Positions 1 through 7,413 of a DNA stretch of 64,000 nt are shown here, in pieces (within the stretch, counting starts at the first letter, position 1; each line of letters starts with the position of its first letter). The notes beneath the pieces are model-generated. The model was not told the DNA's origin. It was given only the letters and a program-made list of their open reading frames with translations, and did no database searches. Position numbers and translations under genes: made by a program. This DNA is from an uncultured Anaerolineales bacterium (GTDB lineage: Bacteria > Chloroflexota > Anaerolineae > Anaerolineales > UBA11858), in the NCBI GenBank assembly GCA_964627755.1, contig CAZVIH010000004.1:50855-114854 (forward strand), in the 5' to 3' direction.

Positions 1-620
1 CAGGTGCCAATGGCTTCTCTGCCGTCGATCTCGGTCGTAGCGATTGGCGTCTCTGGCAGGGGCACGGTATCGATCATCACCGTCTCGTCTGCTGCGGCCT
101 CGACCCGGTCTTCCGTCTCCGGTCCTCTGTCAGCCGCTGTATTTGCGGCCCCTTCCGTCCTCCGTCCCTCGTCGGCCGCTATATCTGCGGTCCCCACTTC
201 CCGGTCTCCCGTCTTCGGTCCTCCGTCGGCCGCTGCATCCGCGGCGCTCTCGATGGTCACCTTGCCTGCCACGCCAGCGCCTTCCAGGGTGATGGTTGGA
301 ACGGCTGCTTCCAGGACTTCGCTGGTCGCTGGAGCGGACTCACTTCCTGTGATAGGATCTGGTGTGGCCAAGTCCTCTCCGGGACGCACAGCAACTTCTG
401 TCACCGTAGTCACTGCTTCCGTAATTGCTGTTTGCAGGTTTTCGGATACCGTATAGTCCCCTTGCTCAACTACAGTTTCCGGGGCGAGGGTGGCGTCATC
501 CACTTTTTGAAGTTCTTCGGCCGACTCTCTGACCTCGGTTACTTTTTCAGGACTTTCCAGTACTTCCGGCTCTTTTTGGGGCTGTACTTCAGCTGCTGTT
601 AACTCTGTTCCGCCTGGCAT
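1..620 (-). CDS. acidic low-complexity protein, 5' part only (continues past left edge); paralog of the 732..2483 product
   Basis: Absent from the ORF track (no stop in window). My own translation starts at ATG 620..618, 4 nt after GGAGG (629..625). It reads MPGGTELTAAEVQPQKEPEVLESPEKVTEV... and stays open to nt 1. The N-terminus aligns with the 583-aa neighbour (EL..AEVQP.K, PE.VV..GD, ENL..A). Confidence 0.6.
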   Translation of the reverse strand, partial: MPGGTELTAAEVQPQKEPEVLESPEKVTEVRESAEELQKVDDATLAPETVVEQGDYTVSENLQTAITEAVTTVTEVAVRPGEDLATPDPITGSESAPATSEVLEAAVPTITLEGAGVAGKVTIESAADAAADGGPKTGDREVGTADIAADEGRRTEGAANTAADRGPETEDRVEAAADETVMIDTVPLPETPIATTEIDGREAIGT

Positions 621-681
621 GTTACCTCCTGGTTTGATTCAGGAATGGGTTTATACAAAAATTTATTATGATTGCTATTTA

Positions 682-709
682 CCCACTGCCCTCCGGAGAA
701 GGCAGTGGG
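682..709 (-). terminator. stem-loop between the two acidic-protein genes (possible weak terminator or attenuator)
   Basis: cccactgcc (682-690) pairs with ggcagtggg (701-709): a 9-bp perfect stem with a 10-nt loop, 22 nt past the stop at 732. No clean U-tract follows on the minus strand. Confidence 0.3.
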
Positions 710-731
710 ATATTGAGGTCTTGCTCTAATC

Positions 732-2483
732 TTACCTTTCTGGGGGGGGGCCTTCATCACCACCAGCGTCGGGTTCCCCAGTAGGTTTATTGGGGTCAAC
801 GGCTCCGAAATTGGGATCGAGCACACCATCGTCACCGCCAGCCATGCCCGGAGTAAACTTGCTTACTTCAGGTGTCATCGCTCCCCTGGGCATATCGACA
901 TGCTCGTCGGTGTCCTGGCTGTAAGGATTGGTCTGGGTCGCGCGATCAAATTCGATCCCGGGTTCGGTGGGGCTGGCGCTGTCCTCATCCACAGGCTGGC
1001 TCATAGATTCAGTCAGGTCCAGGGATTCATCCAAAGGGTCATAAGACTTTTGAGGAATGGCATGCCCTGAGGGAGTCGTTCCAGCATCACCTTCAGGATC
1101 GTATTCTTCTTCGGAAGTATCAGGGGGTTCATCTTCACCTTCTCCTTCACCTTCTCCTTCACCCTCACCCTCACCTTCACCCTCGCCTTCACCCTCGCCT
1201 TCACCTTCACCATCACCTCCACCCTCATTACCTTGTACGTCCGTTACGGTGGTTGTATTGCCATCCTTGTCGGTAGTTGTCACTGTTTGAGTGGTAACGC
1301 CGTCTTCGTGGACCGTTGTAATATCTTGCGTAGTGCCATTATCATCTACGTAATGCTCTTTATAAGTGATGTTCTGATTCCCCTTGCTGTCCATCTTGTC
1401 TGTCATCTCCGACTCTCCAGTCCAGCCAACCCTTGCGTCACCTCCGCCAAAAGCGGCCGCTCCGGCCAATTCCCCCAGCTCACCTTCCTGGTCTATGCCT
1501 GGTATATCAAGACCCAACTCACCCACATCTCCCCCGCCGCCCATTCCGGGCATGGCATCCATTGGATTGAAGTCCATTCCAGGGATTTCCGGGATACCTT
1601 CCCCAGGATGGGCCGGATCCCCCACATAGCCGACACTTCCTTTTGCCGGATCTCCTTCGCTGCCGTACTGGCCTGTAACCTGGTTGGGTTCGTGTACATC
1701 CCCGGCCTGTTCATACCCGTCATCTGGATTGAATTTTCCGCCATCTCCATCCGGATCGTGGAAGACCAGGTCGGGTTTGTCACCCTCCCGTTCTACCGTC
1801 CTGTCATCCGGCAGTTTCTGGCTTTCTGCCCTCCGGGCAGTGCTGTCCTCGGGAACCTGTTCAGCCTGGGTTTTTTCCAGGCTGGGTTCACCAGCTGGTC
1901 CGCCTCCAGGACCATCTCCGGGGTCTTCACTTCCAGTGGAATCATTTTCGACATCCGGTCTGGGTCCTTCGCCGGCTTTTTCAACAGCAGCCGGGACCTC
2001 AGCAACCGCTGTCCCGATCGTGATCGAGCCTGCCTCTCTCGATCCTGCCAGGGAAACTTCTGGCACCGCAGAGACCTTCTCACCTTCCTGTACAGCTCCA
2101 GCTTCCGGGGCTTCCCGGGATGCTCTTGCCCCGGATTCTGCTGGTTCAGCACTGCTAATTTCACCTTCACCAGCACCCATTTCTGGTCCACCCGGGTCAT
2201 CGTAAGGCTCAGGTTTTGGATCTCCTTCTGAAGGTTTAGCCCCTTCGTCGGCAGATTCAGCTGCTTTCTCAGGAACCGCTGCCACAAAGGCCTGTTCCAG
2301 ATTCTCGGCTGCTTTAAAATCCCCTTTATCGACTACTGCTTCAGGGGTTTCAACAGCAGCCTGGGTTTTTTCAGCTTGTTCGGATGCCTCTTTTACCACG
2401 GCTACCTGTTCGGGAGTTTCCTTGATTTCCTCTTTCTTCGGGGGTTGTACCTCGGCTTCATTAAGTTCCATTCCGTCTGTCAT
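732..2483 (-). CDS. highly acidic Glu/Asp/Gly/Pro-rich, probably disordered protein with a (Gly-Glu)13 tract
   Basis: 583-aa ORF. ATG at 2483 lies 4 nt after GAGGAGG (2494..2488), and the start overlaps the SET gene stop (ATGA). No signal peptide or TM segment. A T/D/N-rich segment DDNGTTQDITTVHEDGVTTQTVTTTDKDGNTTTVTDV precedes the GE tract. Confidence 0.75.
   Translation of the reverse strand: MTDGMELNEAEVQPPKKEEIKETPEQVAVVKEASEQAEKTQAAVETPEAVVDKGDFKAAENLEQAFVAAVPEKAAESADEGAKPSEGDPKPEPYDDPGGPEMGAGEGEISSAEPAESGARASREAPEAGAVQEGEKVSAVPEVSLAGSREAGSITIGTAVAEVPAAVEKAGEGPRPDVENDSTGSEDPGDGPGGGPAGEPSLEKTQAEQVPEDSTARRAESQKLPDDRTVEREGDKPDLVFHDPDGDGGKFNPDDGYEQAGDVHEPNQVTGQYGSEGDPAKGSVGYVGDPAHPGEGIPEIPGMDFNPMDAMPGMGGGGDVGELGLDIPGIDQEGELGELAGAAAFGGGDARVGWTGESEMTDKMDSKGNQNITYKEHYVDDNGTTQDITTVHEDGVTTQTVTTTDKDGNTTTVTDVQGNEGGGDGEGEGEGEGEGEGEGEGEGEGEGEGEDEPPDTSEEEYDPEGDAGTTPSGHAIPQKSYDPLDESLDLTESMSQPVDEDSASPTEPGIEFDRATQTNPYSQDTDEHVDMPRGAMTPEVSKFTPGMAGGDDGVLDPNFGAVDPNKPTGEPDAGGDEGPPPER
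1134..1211. repeat. in-frame 6-nt microsatellite encoding (Gly-Glu)13
   Basis: Plus strand reads ttcacc/ttctcc/ctcacc/ctcgcc units for 78 nt. This translates on the minus strand to GEGEGE... within the 583-aa protein. Confidence 0.9.
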
Positions 2484-2947
2484 TTTTCCTCCTCAAGGAT
2501 GATTGGTGGGACAAATGAATTATTTGATTGCAGATCCAGATCGATCTTTTTCACCTGGTGGATCTCAAACCAACTCCTGTCACGCGGGCTTTCCCCTGAA
2601 CCGGTGTAGTCGTAGCTGATGGTCAGCTGCTCCCCGGGCTCGATCTGCCGCCGGGCGCTGAAAGAGATGCTCTGGTTTTTAGTATTTCTCTTGAAGGTCA
2701 GGTTGGGCTGATCGTGATGGTTGTAGAGGCTGCCGTAGCCCAGGGCCAGGGCAACCTGGGTTTTGGACCAGTTGTAGACCAGGCGCCGGATCTGGCGCGG
2801 GAAGGGCTGGGTGTTAAGGTCCAGCAATATCACCGGGCAGGATTCCACGATCTCGCCGGGGGAAAAAGCCCGCCCAGCGTATACACCCCGCCCCAGGACT
2901 GTGCCGGTTTCGGCAATAGATTGTTTTGGTTGAGGTATAGCTGCCAA
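2480..2947 (-). CDS. SET-domain protein (putative protein-lysine methyltransferase)
   Basis: 155 aa with an N-terminal GRGVYA...F.PGEIV motif, YNHHDQPN (compare NHSCxPN) and GEQLTISY (compare GEELTxxY). TTG start at 2947. The stop overlaps the downstream ATG (ATGA at 2480..2483). Confidence 0.75.
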   Translation of the reverse strand: MAAIPQPKQSIAETGTVLGRGVYAGRAFSPGEIVESCPVILLDLNTQPFPRQIRRLVYNWSKTQVALALGYGSLYNHHDQPNLTFKRNTKNQSISFSARRQIEPGEQLTISYDYTGSGESPRDRSWFEIHQVKKIDLDLQSNNSFVPPIILEEEK

Positions 2948-3082
2948 CCATACAAATCACCTCCAACGGGTTTTGCCCGTATAAAACGACAAAGACCAAG
3001 CTGCTCAGGAAACGCAAATACTCGGCCTTGAGGAGGTTTGGATTTGCTGTGGGGGAAGCCTCAAGGAAGGCTAGATATAAGT

Positions 3083-3111
3083 ACTATACAAGATTTTTGT
3101 GTTAATGTCAA
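3083..3111 (-). promoter_or_regulatory. sigma70-type promoter for the SET / acidic-protein operon
   Basis: Minus strand reads TTGACA (3111..3106), a 17-nt spacer, then TATAGT (3088..3083), about 135 nt upstream of the SET start. Confidence 0.5.
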
Positions 3112-3156
3112 AATTTCTCCGAAATTTTTAAGGTTGGCTGTAAGACGCGACGGGTT

Positions 3157-3272
3157 GCTCGCTGAGCTCGCGACGGAAGACGGAGGACCGGGGACGGGGA
3201 TTTCGCAGCGCTCGCGACGGAAGACGGAGGGCTCGCGCAGCGAGCGACGGGAGACCGACGACCGACGACCGG
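3157..3272. repeat. GC-rich repeat modules (forward orientation), left flank of the four-helix-bundle gene
   Basis: gctcgcgacggaagacggagg occurs twice (3166.. and 3210..). Module 3157..3200 is gctcgctgagctcgcgacggaagacggaggaccggggacgggga. Confidence 0.8.
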
Positions 3273-3299
3273 ATTGTAAATAGTTGGCAATTAGTTGGA

Positions 3300-3665
3300 T
3301 TACTGGGGGGATAGATTCTTTCGAAAGGCAATCAACTTCATAAATAGCTGGTGGCCTAAACTGCGGAGCTGCTGCAGTTGTTGATTATCAAGATATGATC
3401 TCCGTTCAATAAGATCCAAACAAGCAATCGTTTCGAGATACGATCTCAATGCTAATCCCAAAAATCTATTCTGCTCCGCATCGGATTGGCTTGTGGATCC
3501 TTCTGCGATGTTGAGATCGATGGATGTTGCTGCGCGTATTATTTGCGAAGACAGATTGAATCTTTCCGTATCTGGTAAATCAGGGATTGCAGCATACACC
3601 TGATCAATATTATCCATCGCCAATTGATAGACTGTAAGATCGTGAAATTTATATTTTTCGATCAC
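3300..3665 (-). CDS. four-helix-bundle protein (23S rRNA intervening-sequence protein / Avd family)
   Basis: 121 aa: KFHDLTVYQLAMD...RFNLSSQIIRAATSIDLNIAEG...RFLGLALRSYLETIACLDLI. This is the typical pattern for the TIGR02436/PF05635 family. GTG start lies 6 nt after GGGGGT. Confidence 0.8.
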   Translation of the reverse strand: MIEKYKFHDLTVYQLAMDNIDQVYAAIPDLPDTERFNLSSQIIRAATSIDLNIAEGSTSQSDAEQNRFLGLALRSYLETIACLDLIERRSYLDNQQLQQLRSLGHQLFMKLIAFRKNLSPQ

Positions 3666-3730
3666 ATTATTACCCCCTGAATCTAGCTTAACTTAATCTA
3701 CTTTTCAAAGTCAATACGTATGTCGGATTC

Positions 3731-3816
3731 CGTCCTCGGTCGCAAACGAAGTGAGTCCCTCGTCCCCCGTCCCCGGTCCTCGGTCGCGAACGAAGTGAGC
3801 ATCCGGTCTTCGGTCC
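3731..3816. repeat. GC-rich repeat modules (inverted orientation), right flank of the four-helix-bundle gene
   Basis: cctcggtcgc(a/g)aacgaagtgag occurs twice. The reverse complement of 3757..3800 is gctcacttcgttcgcgaccgaggaccggggacgggggacgaggga. It matches module 3157..3200 apart from a 6-nt indel. Confidence 0.8.
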
Positions 3817-3827
3817 AATCCGCAGGA

Positions 3828-4556
3828 TTATTCTCCCACAACATCAATCTGGGCCGGTCGCCAGCTGCGGATCGTATTTTGATTCATTTCCTGGAAGCGG
3901 GTCAGCTGGGCTTCAGGCATGGCGAAGCGCGATTTGGCGGTGCCCAGCATCAATAAACAATAAGACAGGTTGCCTAAATGGTCAGCGCTGATAAAACCTT
4001 CCTGGGCTTCGAGGGTCTTCCAGAGATGGGTGGTGGTATAGGTCCACAAAACGTTGACCGGGTTTCTTTCGGCGGCGATCTTTTGATTTTCTGCCCCAAG
4101 CATGGAAAGCAGGGTCTTAAAATCTGGCTCGGAAATGAGGGTAAAGAATCCGTATTGGCAGGGGGCCTGGCACAGGCTGCAGCCTTTCTGGCGGTGCAGG
4201 CGGTTGCTCATCTTGGCTCGCCCGGGATGGATGGCGACCGCTTTCATTAAAGCCTGGTACTCGGCGGTCTTTTCCGGTTTGCTGTCGGCCTCGATGATGG
4301 CTGTTATCAGGTTATCCACCGTTTCCTGGTCCGGCTGGCGAGTGGCCTGCTGGAAGGCTGCCATGCGCTGCCCTACTTCTGGTGCCACCGCTTTTACAAA
4401 ATCAGCCATTTTCAAACCGGATTGCTTGGCCAGGGCTGTGCGCATTTTCTGGCTGGCTTTTTTCAAAGCGCTGATATGGGCCGGGGGGCAGAAAGCCACC
4501 AGGTAGTAGTAGCTGATCATTTTCTTAATGGCGATGGGGTGGATTTCCTGGGTCAT
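3828..4556 (-). CDS. hypothetical helical protein with a CX2CX3C motif (last gene of the STK operon)
   Basis: 242-aa ORF. ATG lies 6 nt after GGGAG and 32 nt downstream of the preceding stop. Contains CSLCQAPC. I recognise no family. Confidence 0.65.
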   Translation of the reverse strand: MTQEIHPIAIKKMISYYYLVAFCPPAHISALKKASQKMRTALAKQSGLKMADFVKAVAPEVGQRMAAFQQATRQPDQETVDNLITAIIEADSKPEKTAEYQALMKAVAIHPGRAKMSNRLHRQKGCSLCQAPCQYGFFTLISEPDFKTLLSMLGAENQKIAAERNPVNVLWTYTTTHLWKTLEAQEGFISADHLGNLSYCLLMLGTAKSRFAMPEAQLTRFQEMNQNTIRSWRPAQIDVVGE

Positions 4557-4588
4557 GGGTAACTCCCGCTTCTGGAATGATGAATATC

Positions 4589-7396
4589 TTATTTCTCAGC
4601 TTTAAACTCGGGGATCGGGGTATAAAAGATCTTCACCCAGGAAGCCATATCATCCTGGATGCCGCTGATAATGGTCTGCCCGACCTTGAGGCGGGCGATG
4701 ATCTGGGGCTGGTCTTCTTCCAGGGCCAGGGCACTGGCCATGGCGTCCCGGTCATCGGCGCTGACCAGGCGGTGCACGATCTTCAGGTTAGTGTTTTTCA
4801 GGGCGTCCGGCACTAACTTGGAGGGCACCTGGTCGATAATGCCCAGTCCCTGGCCGTAAGCCCGGATCTCTGCCAGGATGTCGGAGAACATTTCGCCCAT
4901 CTTGGCCGCGGGATTGGCATCCCCGCTGGAGCCGTGGGGGGCGGCCCGCAGGACGCGGTGGGCTTCTTCAAAAATAGCCAGGTGCTGCAGGCCGGCAGAT
5001 TCAGGCGATCCGGCCACTTCATGCTGGGCCTGGCGGTATTCGTACAGGAAATTCAGTATCAGGGCCATGGTAAAACACTTGTCTGCATCGTCACCCATCT
5101 GGCTCAGGTTGATCACAACTGGCCGATCGAAGAGCTCTTTCCAGGGAGTGGAGAAGGAATGATCGAATAATTTGCCCTTCCAGCCCCTTAACAGGCTGCC
5201 GATCCTGGTTTTGAGGGCAGCGGTGATATTATCTGTGATACGCTGCTCGTAGCCCTTGGCGCTTACCAGGTCGCCGATGCGAGCCTGGAGCTGGCTCAGG
5301 GTAGGGGCGCCGGCCCCATCGGGGGGCAGTTCGTCATCTTCCAGCCAACCCTGGCTGTCGTACAGGTCCACCAGGCCTTCTTCCAGGATCACAGGCAGGA
5401 TCTCGTACATCGGGAAGCTGGCATTAAAAATGGATTTCAGGCGGTCGAGGTGGGGCATGACATTGGTATGGGCGCCTTTGAGGCGGATGATATCAAAGGG
5501 ATTGATCTTAAGCTGGTCCAGCTTCACCCCGCCCCAATCCTCCCGTCCGGGCATATAAACCGCGATTTTTTTCTTAAATTTGCCTGAAGCGTTATAGGCC
5601 AGAGCCAGCTGGACATATTCATCCTTGGCGGGTTCAATGACCATCCAGTTGGTCTTCTGGGTCATCATTTCCTCGATGAAACGTCGGCAGGTATTGGATT
5701 TGCCGCTGCCTGTGATGCCAGTGATGAAGACATGGCGGGTAAGGGAATCCAGGTCGATGTTATAGGCCAGCCCTTTGATCTCTTCTCCACCTTCCAGGAC
5801 GGTCCCCAGGCTCATGATCCGTTTTTTCCCTTCCAGTTCAGGCGGGTTGAGGCTGAATGTTGCTGTGGACTGGACCGACAAGCCCGGCATTTCCCGCCGG
5901 GGCAGGTTGATTAATAAAGAAAGCTCTTCTGTATTCAATGGTGTGGTGAGGCCCTGATAAAGGTTTCCCAGGGGATGCTGGATAGGTTCACCATCATCCG
6001 GGGCGGTTAACATCAACCGAGGCTGGGTGAAGGCATCCAGAGCCACCTGGACCTGACCGTCCCAGACCGGGTCCAACTTGTGGATCCGGATGGGTTCAAA
6101 GGCGCTTTTATGGCCGCTGACCAGGGCTTTGAGCTGAGCCTGGGCCTGCGAAGCCGATTCTGCCTGATCACTTAAAATATATACTCCCACATTCCAGCAG
6201 CCCTGGGATCGGGCTACTTCAAAGCGGTTGACAGTTTCTCCAAGCAGTCTTGTGCATTCCTCGGCGTGTTTGTTGAGCACTTCCTGGCCGAAAGTCATCG
6301 ATTCGCCGGTGGTTGTGCCGGCGCTGGTGGAGGTGCTGATCGAGCGGCTCAGGCTTTCGCTTTCTGAAAGGGATTCACTTTTGGAGGAAGAGCCGCTGGT
6401 GGAGGGCAGCAGCTGGCCAAACATGCCCATCATGCCCGAAAGCAGGAACGGGCCGCCGGCCACGGTCAGCAGGGCAGCTACGCCGCCCATGCCGGCCATC
6501 TTTAACCCTTTGGCCGCACCGCTGCCGCCTTCCATGGCAGTGCCCAAAACACCCTTGCTTTTGCTTTCGGAATCGCTGCTGGATTCACTCTTGGAAGTTG
6601 ATGTGGATTCAGATTCTGATTCGGAGCTGGAAGTGGTATCTGATGTTCCCTGGCTTTTTCCCATCTGAAGGGTGGTTTTCATAAAACCGTGGATCTGCCC
6701 GGAGAGCGAATTGCAGGCATCCACCGTATCCACCACTGCGGATTCCGGCAGGGGTTCAGCCAGCACCAGGTAGAGGTAGGGTTTTCCGCGCATACCCCGC
6801 ATTAATTTATCGAGGGTTTGGGGATCGGTCCCTCCCTGTTTTTGTTCTGTTTTTGGAGATGGGATCCCGGTAAAGGCCCGGGCGTGGGAGAAAGTGCTGA
6901 GGGGGACATGGACTTTGTCGGCAATCTCCTTATAATCATCCACCATCCTCACCCGGGTTCCCGGCCAGTTGGAACACAGGAACTGCCCCAGCTGATTGGC
7001 AAAGAGGGCAGGCTGGGTTCCGGGCGCCCTGCCCGTGACCCCGAAATAGATCCGGTTGCGCATGCCGTCGCTGCTGATGGCAAAGATCAAGGCATAGCGG
7101 GGATCATGACAGGCAGCCAGGGCAGTTTGAATGGCGCCAAAATAATCCACATCATTTTCATTGATGGGTTTCCCTACCTGCTCCACTTCGAAAAAAGCCA
7201 CATCCGGGGAGGAGGAAATTTTCCCTTCCAAAACCCGCATGACTTCATTTTCCAGGATGGGTCCGTCCAGGTAGTTGCGGCGTAAAGCAAAAAGAGTGGA
7301 GCGGGAAAGCATTTCCCCGGCTGCGGCCAGCAGTTCCGGAGTGAGATCCTGGGGAGAAGAAAGATTAACCAGTTGATTGTCAGATTGCTGGGCCAT
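4589..7396 (-). CDS. HerA/FtsK-superfamily (DUF87-type) P-loop ATPase with a 550-aa unassigned N-terminal half
   Basis: 935 aa. Walker A VFITGITGSGKS (5696..5719) and Walker B-like HLAIFEEAHRVL. The C-terminal IIDQVPSKL...IVHRL is typical of HerA-like ATPases. ATG lies 5 nt after GGAGG. Confidence 0.8.
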   Translation of the reverse strand: MAQQSDNQLVNLSSPQDLTPELLAAAGEMLSRSTLFALRRNYLDGPILENEVMRVLEGKISSSPDVAFFEVEQVGKPINENDVDYFGAIQTALAACHDPRYALIFAISSDGMRNRIYFGVTGRAPGTQPALFANQLGQFLCSNWPGTRVRMVDDYKEIADKVHVPLSTFSHARAFTGIPSPKTEQKQGGTDPQTLDKLMRGMRGKPYLYLVLAEPLPESAVVDTVDACNSLSGQIHGFMKTTLQMGKSQGTSDTTSSSESESESTSTSKSESSSDSESKSKGVLGTAMEGGSGAAKGLKMAGMGGVAALLTVAGGPFLLSGMMGMFGQLLPSTSGSSSKSESLSESESLSRSISTSTSAGTTTGESMTFGQEVLNKHAEECTRLLGETVNRFEVARSQGCWNVGVYILSDQAESASQAQAQLKALVSGHKSAFEPIRIHKLDPVWDGQVQVALDAFTQPRLMLTAPDDGEPIQHPLGNLYQGLTTPLNTEELSLLINLPRREMPGLSVQSTATFSLNPPELEGKKRIMSLGTVLEGGEEIKGLAYNIDLDSLTRHVFITGITGSGKSNTCRRFIEEMMTQKTNWMVIEPAKDEYVQLALAYNASGKFKKKIAVYMPGREDWGGVKLDQLKINPFDIIRLKGAHTNVMPHLDRLKSIFNASFPMYEILPVILEEGLVDLYDSQGWLEDDELPPDGAGAPTLSQLQARIGDLVSAKGYEQRITDNITAALKTRIGSLLRGWKGKLFDHSFSTPWKELFDRPVVINLSQMGDDADKCFTMALILNFLYEYRQAQHEVAGSPESAGLQHLAIFEEAHRVLRAAPHGSSGDANPAAKMGEMFSDILAEIRAYGQGLGIIDQVPSKLVPDALKNTNLKIVHRLVSADDRDAMASALALEEDQPQIIARLKVGQTIISGIQDDMASWVKIFYTPIPEFKAEK

Positions 7397-7413
7397 GGGA
7401 TCCTCCCCAAATA

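Noticed and set aside
4-456. 150-aa and 82-aa plus-strand ORFs at the left edge
   Set aside because: The minus strand carries an SD-preceded ORF homologous to the neighbouring gene. The plus-strand products are Ser/Ala/Pro low-complexity artefacts.
599-835. 78-aa minus-strand ORF bridging the two acidic-protein genes
   Set aside because: It overlaps the end of the 583-aa gene, the hairpin and the SD of the next gene. It has no SD of its own.
1057-2231. Plus-strand ORFs of 77, 332 and 173 aa inside the acidic-protein gene
   Set aside because: They are mirror images of the low-complexity minus-strand gene (for example poly-SP opposite poly-GE). They have no SD, and the minus-strand ORF is longer and operon-coupled.
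3300-3665. Four-helix-bundle gene as the Avd of a diversity-generating retroelement
   Set aside because: There is no reverse transcriptase in the window. The nearby repeats do not differ specifically at adenines, so there is no TR/VR pair.
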